Origin: Nemertoderma westbladi
Taxonomy: Eukaryota > Animalia > Xenacoelomorpha
Reading direction: 5' to 3'
Length of the DNA stretch: 64,000 nucleotides
Assembly (NCBI GenBank): GCA_032718475.1
Contig: JAUCBJ010008665.1
Location: 9,762 to 73,761 of the forward strand
The notes under the pieces were generated by a model. The model saw only the letters and a program-made list of their open reading frames with translations, was not told the DNA's origin and ran no database searches. Below are positions 11,793-25,100 of this stretch, one piece after another (position 1 is the stretch's first letter; each line of letters starts with the position of its first letter). The translations under genes and the position numbers were made by a program.

Positions 11793-14125
11793 GTTCACCA
11801 CAAAGGGTGATCTTTCACAGTAAACCCTTCCACTCTGTTTCCCAAATGAATGCCTGTTCACCACCATGGGTGATCGTCAACAGTAAAGCCTTCCACTCTG
11901 TTTCCTAAAGGAATGCCTGTTCACCACCGTGGGTGAACTTCCACAGTAAACCCTTCCCACTCTGTTTCCTAAAGGAATGCCTATTCACCACAATGGTGAT
12001 CTTCCACAGTAAACCCTTCCAGTCTGTTACCTAAAGGAATGCCTGTTCACCACCATGGGTGATCGTCAACAGTAAACCCTCCCCCTATGTTTCCTAAAGG
12101 AATGCCTGTTCACCACCGTGGGTGATCTTCCACAGTAAACCCTTCCACTCTGTTTCCTAAAGGAATGGCTGTTCACCACCGTGGGTGATCTTCCACAGTA
12201 AACCCTTCCACTCTGTTTCCTAAAGGAATGGCTGTTCACCACCGTGGGTGATCTTCCACAGTAAACCCTTCCACTCTGTTTCCTAAAGGAATGCCTGTTC
12301 ACCGCCACGGGCAATCTTCCACAGTAAACCCTTCCACTCTGTTTCCTAAAGGAATGCCTGTTCACCGCCACGGGCAATCTTCCACATTAAACCCTTCCAC
12401 TCTGTTTCCTAAAGGAATGCCTGTTCACCGCCACGGGCAATCTTCCACATTGAACCCTTCCACTCTGTTTCCTAAAGGAATGCCTGTTCACCGCCACGGG
12501 CAATCTTCCACAATTTACCCTTCCACTCTGTTTCCTAAAGGAATGGCTGTTCACCGCCAAGGGCGATCTTCCACATTAAACCCTTCCACTCTGTTTCCTA
12601 TAGGAATGCCTGTTCACCACCATGGGTGATCTTCCACAGTAAACCCTTCCCCTCTGTTTCCTAAAGGAATGCCTGTTCAACACCATGGGTGATCTTCCAC
12701 ATTAAACCCTTCCACTTTGTTTCCTAAAGGAATGCATATTCACCACAATGGGTGATCATCCACAGTAAACCCTTCCACTCTGTTTCCTAAAGGAATGCCT
12801 GTTCACCACAATGGGCGATCATCCACAGTAAACCCTTCCACTCAGTTCCCTAAAGGAATGCCTGTTCACCACCATGGGTGATCTTCCACAGTAAACCCTT
12901 CCCCTCTGTTTCCTAAAGGAATGCCTGTTCAACACCATGGGTGATCTTCCACATTAAACCCTTCCACTTTGTTTCCTAAAGGAATGCATATTCACCACAA
13001 TGGGTGATCATCCACAGTAAACCCTTCCACTTTGTTTCCTAAAGGAATGCATATTCACCACAATGGGTGATCATCCACAGTAAACCCTTCCACTCAGTTC
13101 CCTAAAGGAATGCCTGTTCACCATCATGGGTGATCTCCCACAGTAAACCCTTCCACTCTGTTTCCTAAAGGAATGCCTGTTCACCACAATGGGCGATCAT
13201 CCACAGTAAACCCTTCCACTCTGTTTCCTAAAGGAATGCCTGTTCATCACCATGGTTGATCTTCAACAGTAAACCCTTCCACTCTGTTTCCTAAAGGAAT
13301 GCATATTCACCACAATGGGTGATCTTCCACATTAAACCCTTCCACTTTGTTTCCTAAAGGAATGCCTGTTCACCACAATGGGCGATCATCCACAGTAAAC
13401 CCTTCCACTCTGTTTCCTAAAGGAATGCCTGTTCATCACCATGGTTGATCTTCAACAGTAAACCCTTCCACTCTGTATCCTAAAGGAATGCTTGTTAACC
13501 ACCATTGGTGATCTTCCACAGTAAACCCTTCCACTCTGTTTCCTAAAGTAATGTCTGTTCACCACCATGGTTGATCTTCCACATTAAACCCTACCACTCT
13601 GTTTCCTAAAGGAATGCCTGTTCATCACTATGGTTGATCTTCAACAGTAAACCCTTCCACACTGTTTCCTAAAGGAATGCTTGTTCACCACCATGGGTGA
13701 TCTTCCACAGTAAACCCTTCCACTCTGTTTCCTAAAGGAATGCCTGTTCACCACCATGGATGATCTTCCACAGTAAACCAACCCTTCCACTCTGTTTCCT
13801 AAAGGAATGCCTGTTCACCACCATGGATGATTTTCCACAGTAATCCCTTCCACTCTGTTTCTTAAAGGAATGCCTGTTCACCATCATGGGTGATCTTCCA
13901 CAGTAAACTCTTCCACTATGTTTCCTAAAGGAATGCCTGTTCACCATCATGGGTGATCTTCCACAGTAAACTCTTCCACTATGTTTCCTAAAGGAATGCC
14001 TGTTCACCACCATGGGTGATCTTCCACAGTAAACTCTTCCACTATGTTTCCTAAAGGAATGCCTGTTCACCACCATGCATGATCTTCCACAGTAAACCAA
14101 CCCTTCCACTCTGTTTCCTAAAGTA
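11793..14125. repeat. 63-bp minisatellite, about 37 copies
   Basis: Unit GCCTGTTCACCACCATGGGTGATCTTCCACAGTAAACCCTTCCACTCTGTTTCCTAAAGGAAT; variants cluster in blocks. Confidence 0.97.
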
Positions 14126-15562
14126 ATGCATCGATAAAATATAGGCGACATTCCTCAAATGTGGACTTAGTCTAAACAAAAATACCCTGAATTTGCTGGT
14201 ACTAGCGATGTTATAGAAAAGCCCCTAATAGGGGGTCTGGTAACTCCATAAATTACTGACTCTGAGGAAATACAAATTGGAGGTTGACCAAAATATTTGA
14301 AAATACATTCAGAATTCTGGGATCCTCCAGCGTTCTCTTCAAGAAATTTGACGGTGTGTTTCAACCAGTATTGTCATGTAACAACAACGACTTCAAGAAA
14401 GGGATTCCAGAATATCTATCTGGCTGGGTCTTGGACTGCTACTAGTGCCGGATACCGAACGGGAGGTAATACAGTGTCTCCGAGATTAGGGGGCCTGTAT
14501 TTAATGCTGTAGGAGACAGATGATGGTTCCTGATCTGGACTTTAGGGAAAACTAACTTCTTGTATTTTCTTCCATGTATAATAATACCAAATATATCACA
14601 GGTAACAGACAGTTAATCAGTAATGGATCAATCTCTAAGCCCAATGTGATGCACAAAGAACTTGGGTCTAAATAGGTACCAAACATACGGCTACACTAAG
14701 GTGCAATCTATACAGTAAAACTTATGGGCCTACTATCTCAACAGAAGATATTAGTAACACTGAAGATATTTTATGGTAACACTGTGTATCACTTACATAC
14801 GGAGAGATGAAGTAATTGATCTATCCTGATTGGTCAGGGTAGGTAGTTTACTATTGGTTCTGATAGCAATAACTTTAGTTAGAGTACAGCTGATTGGATG
14901 GGTTTGTTTGTTGTTAGCTAATAAGATGACTCCCTCTCTCCTAATTGTGGTAACTGGACATTGGGATGTTACCACTGTAGGTATCTATCTACACACAATA
15001 CAATATGGGGGTGGTTTAATTCTTCCCCGTAGGTTGTATGTAGACTCAACCAACAATATAATACTGAATACAATGGTTCTACTGTAACAAACTTGTAGAT
15101 TGCGCAGTCACGTGCTACTAATTTAGTTCGAGCCGCAAGGGTTTCTGTTTGTCAGCTTGACCTTTGTAGCTGACAAACAGAGGTGTTAATTGTTTCCCAT
15201 TTTTGGCTATCGACTGATAATGGTGACATATTGGTTTTTGGGTGCCGAAGTGTTCTCAGACATAGCTCCCGTAACAGAAATCTCATATTTTAATTTTAAT
15301 ATTTTACCACTCCCACGGGTTATTTAAATATGGTATTATAATAGAATTAAAAATCAACTCAATGCCAAAAATAAAAATATACAGCTGCTCTATTTAGCAA
15401 AGTAATTTTCTTTTGTTGCACCAATAATAAATTTGATATAATGTTAAATACTTTAATATTATAATTTTGGGATGAAATTACAATAATGTGAAACAAAGTT
15501 GCAAAGTAAATACTGTAGTGCATTTCAATAATTTTGGAATTTAATGCTGCGTTTTATAATAT

Positions 15563-16198
15563 TTAACGCTCTCCGTACATTAGTACAATAAGGACCGCAA
15601 CCAACTTCAACGAAGGAGCGACAATGTTGGAATCGCTCTCCGTAGCCAATTGGGTTGTAGTCGACTCCATTGTGGTCGTCGATTCTGTGACTCCTTCGTT
15701 CCATTGAATTTCGGAACACGGACCATCGAAACAACAGCGAAACTGGCAAACTTCGTATGTTGAGGAGAGATCAACTTTCAGCCAGTTGATTATAGCTAAC
15801 GCTCTAACCGTGGTATCATCTCGATGCTTGTGACCCTCCTCAGGAAGAACAACTGTGAGCATGTAGGTGCATCCGCCTTCAATGAGGGGGACGCAACTCG
15901 AGTAGTGCTTGCAGACGTAATTACCTATCTCTATTGTGATCTCCGCGTCATATTCCTGGGAATATCCTGTGAGCTTGACGGAAGTAACTGAGCATTTAGA
16001 ACAGTTGTGTTCTACTGCATTACCCATTTGAACGATGTTGTTACTCTTTACAAACCTGTCTACCTTTTCTTCATAATATTTTTGTAAGTCAGCGTTGTCA
16101 GAAGTCAAATTCCAACTCCGTCCCTTAGGACAGGTTATGTTGAGAATAGCCATGGTTGTGTGAACTAAACTTATTAACAGAACGGATGTGATATGCAT
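15563..16198 (-). CDS. Intronless secreted/GPI-anchored Cys-rich protein, Ly6/uPAR (three-finger)-like, nested antisense in the intron
   Basis: 211-aa ORF with a signal-peptide-like N-terminus (MHITSVLLISLVHTTMA), 10 Cys ending in CQFRCCFDGPCS (CCxxxxCN-like), an S/T-rich stalk and a hydrophobic C-terminal tail. Confidence 0.65.
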   Translation of the reverse strand: MHITSVLLISLVHTTMAILNITCPKGRSWNLTSDNADLQKYYEEKVDRFVKSNNIVQMGNAVEHNCSKCSVTSVKLTGYSQEYDAEITIEIGNYVCKHYSSCVPLIEGGCTYMLTVVLPEEGHKHRDDTTVRALAIINWLKVDLSSTYEVCQFRCCFDGPCSEIQWNEGVTESTTTMESTTTQLATESDSNIVAPSLKLVAVLIVLMYGER

Positions 16199-16329
16199 TA
16201 TATATAGAACTGCCTCAGGTAGATGTTAATTTAAATTCTACAACAACCAAAATTATTAATGAAGCTTATTTGTTTTGGTTTATATTTTAATTTAGTTTAC
16301 AATTTTGTTCATTAGTAATTTCTACACTG

Positions 16330-16490
16330 TATCAAGTTTACTTGACTGGCACACTGTGTAATAAATTTACATCACTGGTACACTGTATCCAGTTTCCATC
16401 ACTGATACACTGTATCCACTTTACATCACTGGTACACTGTATTCAGTTTACATCACTGATACACGGTATCCAGTTTACATCACTGGTACT
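16330..16490. repeat. 27-bp tandem repeat, about 5-6 copies
   Basis: Unit CAGTTTACATCACTGGTACACTGTATC. Confidence 0.9.
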
Positions 16491-17935
16491 ACTAGTATCG
16501 GCATGCTGCATTGCAGCTGCTTTTTTAAGAATGCTGTTCCGGCTTGTCGACAAAATTGCGCCGTCACAACTCCCTATCACCCATGACATTTGCTAGATCA
16601 TCCGCATCTTCAAGGCCAGTGTCCTTTAAGATGCGTCTCAAGAAAGTCATGGGCTGTCCACCAAGCTTATTCACTCCATGAGGCTGCCAAAGTATAAGAT
16701 TATGCACTGGCTGGTGCTCACGGCGAAAGCAATGTCCTGCAAAGCGGAGGCGATTTTGTTCTAGTGTCAAGCTTGGGGGAACCAATGGGACACCTCCAAT
16801 GTTATATAGTGTCTGGTTGGAGATGTGTGCATTGTACTTGACACAATGAACCCGGCGTAGCATTCTTGTGAATGTGCCATCCAGAGATTTGGTGTACTCA
16901 GCAGTTAGAGCCCAGCATGGACTCCCATAGAGGAGTACTGGAACTACTGCTGCTCTAAATAATCGGACCTTAACCCTATCCATACCGGGGTACTTTAGAC
17001 GCTCAAACTACCGGGGGAGACTTTTGGGGACGTAAAGTTTGGAAGCATATAACTTTGTGTGGTGTGATGATATTACTTTAAAGTAAAAAGTTTTAGATAC
17101 AAAATTTATTCCTCTATCCAAATATGCCACACACTAATGCTCAAATATAATATTTATATACTATAATTATGTTTAAATTGATTTTAAATTGATATTAAAT
17201 TGATTTAATTTTAATTTTCCCTCCTACAATAGTTCAGCAATAATATGACAGTTTCAGAGACAGGTCAGTTTACGAGTCATTTTCATGGTCATAAATAATA
17301 ATATGAAAATTAATTTTTTTTTAAGATAAAGAATAATAAATTTTAGGAAAAGTAACGGAATTTCACTTGCAATAAATGTGGTTTGGCTTTGAACCAAGCA
17401 ATCAAATAAAGTGCGTCTCCAAAAGCCCCCCCCCCCCGGTATGGATAGGGTTAAGTTTCCGATTAATTCTCGGTGACTTCCAAATCCTGGAAAGCCTATT
17501 CAAGGCTGCCCATGCCTTCCCCTTACGTATTCGAAGGTCCTCACCTGACTTCCGGATCCATGATCCCAGGTTACAGAAGTCGTCCACATGCTCAAGCATA
17601 CCATCCTTTGAGCTTATGCTCATCCGATCAGAGACTTGCTGAGAACTTTCAAAGTTAACTGTCAAAATTTTGGTCTTTCTGGAGTTAATAAAAAGACCAA
17701 CACTAGAAGCAGCATGTTCTAATGAGCTGAAGAGCCGTTGGGCTCCTTCTAGTGATTCTGAGAGTACTCCTAAGTCATCAGCACTCGACTTCTGGAGCCA
17801 GTAGGTGGAGTTATCATCACCCCATCATTATTATGATGATCTAAGGCCATATAATGAAAGTATGCTGAACATACGTGAGCGGGAGACTGAATCAAAGGCC
17901 TTGAAGAAGTCAACAAAGATAACAGCCAGATGCCT
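16490..17935 (-). mobile_element. RTE-clade LINE, RT/C-terminal fragment (degenerate)
   Basis: Motifs FVDFFKAFDS, ADDL, LGSWI, KVRLFRAAVVPVLLYG.CWALT, RLRFAGHCFR; short AGT-type tail near 16490. Confidence 0.85.
16974..17450. mobile_element. piggyBac-type MITE (477 bp) inserted in the RTE LINE
   Basis: TIR CCCTATCCATACCGGGG / CCCCGGTATGGATAGGG, TTAA on both sides. The paralogous RTE copy at ~20161 shows the empty site GACCTTAAGTTTCCG. Confidence 0.93.
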
Positions 17936-17957
17936 GTCAGGTCAGGTCAGGTCAGGT

Positions 17958-19015
17958 ATTCTAGGTCATTGATCAAGAAAACTTGCCACCTCCATGCAGC
18001 ATAAAGGAGGTGCCACCTGCAGCTGCATAGACCCTCTTACTAGGACAAATCTGGTCCTGTAACTAGGACCCCCTTCGTTCTGGGATAAGGACGCCCTTGG
18101 TCCTGGATTAAGGACCCATATACTTGGCTGCGGGGGTATATGGCCTGGCCAGGCAGATGGTGATCTATCAATGACTGGTCAGGAGTAGAGTGTTTTCATG
18201 TCCACTCTGAGTGCACTTCACTGCGACCTGCACCTGGCAGCAGGGGTACAGGGCATGACCCAGCAGATGAGCTGCACAGCCAATGGTGGGTCATGTGCGC
18301 CAGAGTAGATATGGGTGATGGGCCTCATATCTGACTCCACTGCGACACCCACCCTGTGGAATGGCAAACCAGGGTGTGGTATTTGCCCCGAGAGCTGACT
18401 CGGCAAAAAAGCACCCCCCCCCCCCAACCCCCACTGTGGATTACATTAGTAATGCGGAGATCCAATCGGCCTCACAGGCGTCAGTTATCTCCTGACCGGC
18501 TGCCTGTCTCACCCCCTACTGGAGAGAGAGCAGCCAACAATTCTTTGAGTCCCTTTCCTGATGAACTTTCTGGCCCAAACCCTGGGTCACCAGGGAGGCC
18601 AGATTGTGATGGGGAGACGGATTCTGGAGTTGGAGGATACTCTCATGTTCCACCCCGACCAACAAGGCCATTGGTGAATCTGAGGCAAGTCACTAGACTA
18701 GCCTCAGTAAACACCCTAACACTCGGGTCCCCAATGCAACAAGGTGAGCTGACTGCATTGGCAAATAAGCTTTCTCTTAACGCAGTGGGTGTTCAAGAGC
18801 ACCGAATGCAGACTGGACAGACTGATGAGGTTCTGATTAAGGATATGGGGGGCGGTTGGCGACTCGCCCTCGCGTCAGCAGATGATAGTGGCAATGGTGG
18901 AATTGGTCTATTGATGAATCCAACTGCACATGCAGCATTGGACAAAATAGACCAAATCTCTAACCGCATCATCCGTTTCCACTTCTCATGTTCTGGAAGA
19001 CTGGCTACGCACACA
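17958..19015 (+). mobile_element. RTE-clade LINE 5' UTR plus N-terminal AP-endonuclease fragment
   Basis: RLASVNTLTL, AVGVQEHR, GGIGLLM and ISNRII are typical RTE APE motifs; preceded by a GC-rich leader. Confidence 0.75.
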
Positions 19016-19520
19016 TTATTTTTCCCTTTATTCATCCTTACATAAATTATTGTCTTATGCGTTGCGGCAATGTCCCCACAACGGTCTTAAAACCAATTCG
19101 CACAAAAATAAATAAACTTCTTCGTTGCATCAGGTTCACCTACTATCGTAACTCTGCTACACCAATATATAAACAGTTAAAAATATTCGTCCCCTCAATA
19201 GTCAATATGTATGAATATCAATCATTTACTATTAATATCTATTCATTTATGTATAACATCCATTCAAACAGTATAAATCCCACATACGAACTTTCCAAAC
19301 TATTTCAAAAACGTAACACAAGTCCCCTCACACTTTACCAGATCGGCACCCAGAAGTGACTTTACACTCCCCCTATTCCATTTTACTTCAATCCAACGGT
19401 CCCTGAGCTATCGCCTATCGGGGCTCTCATGTCTGGACTTGACTCTGCCCGACGAACTCAGGTGCAAGAAATCTAAATTTCTGTTCCAATCTCATCTTAA
19501 AAAAATACCTTTTCAATAAC
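19016..19520 (+). mobile_element. CR1/L2-group LINE 3' fragment
   Basis: FIHPYINYC...GN...LKPI...LRCI...TPIYKQLKIF...FMY is the post-RT C-terminal pattern of this group. Confidence 0.65.
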
Positions 19521-19677
19521 TTATAAAATATTTTTTTACGACTAATACTTTAATTTAACCAATAAATATAGTTCGACTCTGCTATTTATATTTCAAGCAT
19601 TTCCTGTTTCTTAATAAATCTAAATCTTATTGTATTTAAATTTTTTACTGTTTTAATTTCATCTCTAAATATTTGGT

Positions 19678-20262
19678 TACTACAACTACTACTAGGAGCG
19701 GCATGCTGCATTGCAGCTGCATTTTTAAGAATGCTGTGCCGGCTTGTGGACAAAATTGCGCCGCCACAACTCCCTATCACCCATGACATTTGCCAGATCA
19801 TCCGCATCTTCAAGGCCAGTTTCCTTTAAGATGCGTCTCAAGAAAGAAATGGGCGGTCCACCATGCTTATTCACTCCATGAGGCTGCCAAAGCACAAGAT
19901 TATGCCTGGTCCTCACGGCGTAAACAATGTCCTGCGTAGTGGAGGCGGCTTTGTTCTAGTGTCAAGCTTGGGGGAACCAATGAGACACCTTCAATGTTAT
20001 ATAGTGTCTGGTTGGAGATGTGTGCATTGTACTTGACACAATGAACCCGGCGTAGCATTCTTGAGAATGTGCCATCCAGAGATTTGGTGTCCTCAGCAGT
20101 TAGAGCCCAGCATTGACTCCTATAGAGGAGTACTGGAACTACTGCTGCTCTAAATAATCGGACCTTAAGTTTCCGATTAATTGTCGCTGACTTCCAAATC
20201 CTGGAAAGCCTATTCAAGGCTGCCCATGCCTTTCCCTTACGTATTCGAAGGTCCTCCTCACC
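19678..20262 (-). mobile_element. Second 5'-truncated copy of the same RTE LINE
   Basis: Close paralog of 16500-17545 without the MITE; (AGT)n tail at ~19678-19695. Confidence 0.9.
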
Positions 20263-22165
20263 TGATACCAGAACAGAAGGTGGAAACATCATAATTAGGA
20301 GCCCGCTCGACAGGCGGGATACTTGCTGTAAGAATCTCAGGATATATAACACTGACTGACTGACTGACTGATAATTATCTAGGTTCAGGCACTTCCTGCC
20401 TGTCGATTTTGTTGAAATTTTACAAGTACATTGCTTTGGTGGTTAATAATCGCGTTACAAAATATCAGATCAATTCAATGTGTGGTATTCGATATATTTC
20501 GTTTTTTTTTTAATAATAATTTTGTCGCGAAATTAAAAGCAATGGTAAAGTAACAACTCCTCCCTGAGCTGCAGCAGCTTTATAGCTGTGTAGGAATGGT
20601 TGAGTTCAGGGCTGCCTGAGATAGAATTCCATCAAGGCAGAATTTCTTGACTACACCCCTTCTGCTGCTGGCTGAGTCTACACATCCTTTATTAGCTCTC
20701 AGGGATAGACATAAAATAGTTGAGTTGTCAATAAACAAAATAAAATATACCACTGCAGTAGAATTATATTATTATTATTCCACGAATCATTGGGCTGATT
20801 ATTTTGTATAGGATATATGTAGAATGTTCTTAAAAATAATATTCTTATTTTTTTTTATTACATAGGATTAGCATCATTTTTTAGCTGAAGCATTAATAGT
20901 GTAAATTAATTTAATTATATTTTAATACCATTACTACATTGGCATACTGTAAGATAAGTTTTAACATTTTTTACAAATAGTGGTGCGAGCATAAAACTCA
21001 AATCACGCAAATTTAAAAGAACCGGGTGTGTTGTCATAGCAAAGTTTCATTTTTTATTATGTGGGACGAGCCACAAAGTCAGCTAGCCCCACGCCTTATA
21101 GTTTAGACAATTGTTTAGTTTAATTACTGCTGACCGACAAGGTTTATTTGTAATAGTCTTGTAAATAGGATTTTTCCCCCGGGCTCCTTCCAGCCAGCTT
21201 GCTGGCTTTCTAGTTACCAATATCAAAATAAACTTTGAGCACAACGTCAACTTTATTATATATTATATTTACAACATATCGCATAAAGCAATAATTTTTT
21301 ATTTATTGTCTATTTTAACTTTTTACATATATAATGTATTTTATCTTTCGAGTTGCAAGGCAATAACACACCCCCCCCCCCCCATCCCCCACCCCCAGGC
21401 GGCACTAGTATTTTACAGCTATTATTTGCGTACTGTGTGGTTCAAAATATATTATTTGTGTATTTTGTGTATTTGATATATTGTCTTAAAGGATAAATAA
21501 ATAAAAGAAAATAAATAAATATTAGAAACCCAATAAGGAAATAAGTTAATGACGACTTTAAGTTTGTAGTTAAATTACAGAACTCTACGAATGAAATACA
21601 CAAAGCATAGAGCTTTATTATTCACAAGAATTCTTTGTCATTGATTTGGAACGATAGAATTGTAGTGTATGTAGAGCTTACTGTAGCAACAGGCTGTATA
21701 ATATCCCATGTACCATAAGCATTGATGATGCTGGTGTCACACAGAGCAACAACAACTCTACAGTTCCCAGAACAATCTCATTATCGACCACGGTGCCTTC
21801 TATATGAGTTTCTCTCTGTAAGTAGGATTGCATAATACTGTACAATGTAAGCTACACTATGTACATCATGTTACAATATAATGTACATCATGAACAATAA
21901 GCAAGTAGAATTACTTCATTAACTTAAGGCACAGTACAGTCAGTGTAGATACTACTGTGAGAATACATATTACATAGACGATAGAGCCGTAGTGTCTGAT
22001 CATACCATGATATTCAATGGGCCTTTTTATGAAGGTAAAGCTACTGATTTCCTATTGCTATTATTCATAACTTACTTAACAAAATTTGTGTTACTCCCAT
22101 TGTAAATGCTTATTTAAAGTACAAATATTTACAAAACCAAAGATCACCCGGAATAACGCAGGAAT

Positions 22166-25100
22166 ATGATATTATTGGTGACAACCCAGCCACGCATCCT
22201 AGATGCAACTCACCTTGGCGTCGGTGAGTTACAGGATAACTTGGCCATCACGAATCAATTCGTCCAGCCGAGTCTGTTTGCCAACAAAGTGCTAAGGTTG
22301 AGGGAGGCCGTTCACCATATTCCCAGAAATCAGACAAAGTGCGAGGGTTGTTAAGGCCGTTCACCACATTCCCAGCACTCAGGCAAAGTGCGAGGGTTGT
22401 TGAGGCCGTTCACCATATTCCCAGAAATCAGACAAAGTGCGAGGGTTGTTGAGGCCATTCACCATATTCCCTGCACTCAGACAACGTGCGAGGGTTTTTG
22501 AGGCCGTTCACCATATTCCCAGCACTCAGACAAAGTGCGAGGGTTGTGGAGGCGGTTCACCATATTCCCAGTACTCAGACAAAGTGCGAGGGTTGAGGGT
22601 GGCCGTTCACCATATTCCCAGTACTCAGACAAAGTTTGAGGGTTATGGAGGCCGTTCACCATATTCCCAGTACTCAGACAAAGTGTGAGGGTTGTGGAGG
22701 CCATTCACCATATTCCCAGCACTCAGGCAAAGTGCGAGGGTTGTTGAGGCCGTTCACCATATTCCCAGTACTCAGACAAAGTGCGAGGGTTGAGGGAGGC
22801 CATTCACCATATTTCCGGCACTCAAACAAAGTGCGAGGGTTGTGGGAGTCCGTTTATCATATTCCCAGCACTCAGACAAAGTGCGAGGGTTGTTGAGACC
22901 ATTCACCATATTCCCAGTACTCAGATAAAGTGCGAGGGTTGAGGGAGGCCGTTTACCATATTTCCGGCACTCAAACAAAGTGTGAGGGTTGTGGGAGGCC
23001 GTTCACCATATTCCCCACACCCAGACAAAGTGCGAGGGTTGAGGGAGGCCGTTCACCATATTCCCGGCACTCAAACAAAGTGCGAGGGTTGTGGGAGGCC
23101 GTTCACCATAGAATGGGGGTGTCGTGTCGGGAATACCGAACCCGATACCCCTACGACATCGCCATTGACGTGTGCGACATAAGTGCGGATCCCAACGAGG
23201 AGATAGCGCGACTATACCATATGAATATGTATTTATCGCACGATGAACCTCTACCCGCCGTTAGAGATCAATTTGACGGAATGCATCTTTACCGGAGGAC
23301 CCGAGGCGAGGACGAGGAGACGCCAAAGGTTTTCGGCGTGTATAAGTTGTTCTATAAATGCAGCGAATGCATGAATAAACAAGATGTATCTATCCCCGAT
23401 CGTCTGAACGAGCTGAATCCCGAACCGATACGTGGGGCAAAGCTCATCAGTTTCTTAGGAACAACGAAGGAGGTTGCACGATGAGTAATCCGATGATCAG
23501 CATCGATTTTAGCGGAAAGAGACCTCCGAGACCTGTTACGCCGACCGTTACAACTTTGGATCCGTATACGGAGATTAAACCCCGTACGACTCCCGCTTTG
23601 ATAGAAACGGCAGTGGCCATTTCACTCTACAGAGCATATAAGGACCTAGAGGCGCGGCGCGAAGCGGCACGGAACTCTCGAGTCCCTGGTCCACATTCAC
23701 TTCACCACACCAGGAGAGGAAGCTCACGCCTGAGCACCAGGACGAGATAGACGCGTTGCGGCAGGAAGAGCGAGCGGCAAAGGCGAAACAACTATTCATA
23801 GAGCTTATAGCTGAGTATAATAAGACTGCGGATAAACACCAGGAAGAGACGAGAGGAGTTACTGGATTTATTCCACAGGCTGTATCTCAACCTAGACCGG
23901 TGTATTATTCCAGTGGAAACGAAGCTGCGATGTTGGTAGATCACCCAGAGTCACGAGAAGCCATTCGATTCTTGCCTATGGTGACGTTGACGGATCATGG
24001 GAACGTCCACTACTTGAGGGAAGCCTTATGCGCGAGTTCCTGCGCAATGTTCTGATACAGATAACGGACTACGACCATTGGATAAGATTGGAGCTCCGGG
24101 GAAGGAGAATAAGTTATTCGGTTGGTTAGACAAATACATAAAGGTATGGGTCGCTGTGGCAATGTTCCCAGACGACGAGGAGGTAGACCAGGCATGGTTG
24201 AGGAGGAAGGGTTCCTATACCCAGTACGACGACCCCAAGGCTATTGAGTGCATGTGGACCCAATCCAACGAGATTCAGCGCCAATGGAGAAAGACGGAGG
24301 AATCCTTGGAGGATTGGCGTCTAATGTTTTATGACAACGAGGGAGGGTCTCACCAGGAATGCTTGACCAGCAAATGTATTCAAGTTCGAGCAGCCGACGG
24401 CGTGACCCACGTGTTTATGCGCGTGAGGGCGGACCGGGATAGACCGGAGCCCATTATAACGACACAATATAGGTGCGGGAAGGATCCCCAATAACATATC
24501 TTAGAGGTATGTGGGCGAGGGGGTATGCATGGAGCGGAGCGGATCGACGCTAGGATGTTACCCAAGAAGGTTTGGGAGGCGATCCTTAACCAAGATTATG
24601 TCAAGGTGGGATCAGGTGTCCAGAGTGATCTGGAGAGTGATTTCAACAATATGGCGGACCCAGAGGATCGATTGCCATTCGTTGACACCAAGCTATTATT
24701 GCTATAGGCGCAGGACATTGGGATTTATAGGGAGTACCCCAATTCTGTTAAGACTGGTATGGGTTTTATATCGCATTTATTATATAATTGGGACTTCAAG
24801 TTAAAGATGCAGAAGAAATACAAGGAGGCGTACGGTGAATATAACACGCCGCTGGGAGCTGAGTTCAAATCCCATTCCAAGCGGCAAGCGTTGGTATATT
24901 GGAACATCTGCGCACCACCCCGTGCTTCGTTGCAATATTATTTGGTATTGGGGTCAAACACGGTAACTTGCCTAATTACGGACATAGTCGCAAGAGTTTT
25001 GAAGCGCCATCCGTTGGTATTTGGTGGAGAACAATACATCAGATCGAAAGGGGGGAATTCAGTCTGACGTGATGAAGCTTTTCTTAACCCTTTCTTCAAC

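Noticed and set aside
11793-14125. CRISPR-like array (also considered for 22285-23110 and 48572-49158)
   Set aside because: Units are head-to-tail with no unique spacers, there are no cas genes, and the context is a spliced eukaryotic gene.
14130-14560. Alternative genetic code (TGA=Trp) insert such as a NUMT
   Set aside because: TAA and TAG also interrupt the frame, which fits ordinary decay better.
21681-21815. Possible minus-strand exon (cttacag|...|gtaagc) with one open frame
   Set aside because: No recognisable protein motif and no partner exons could be linked.
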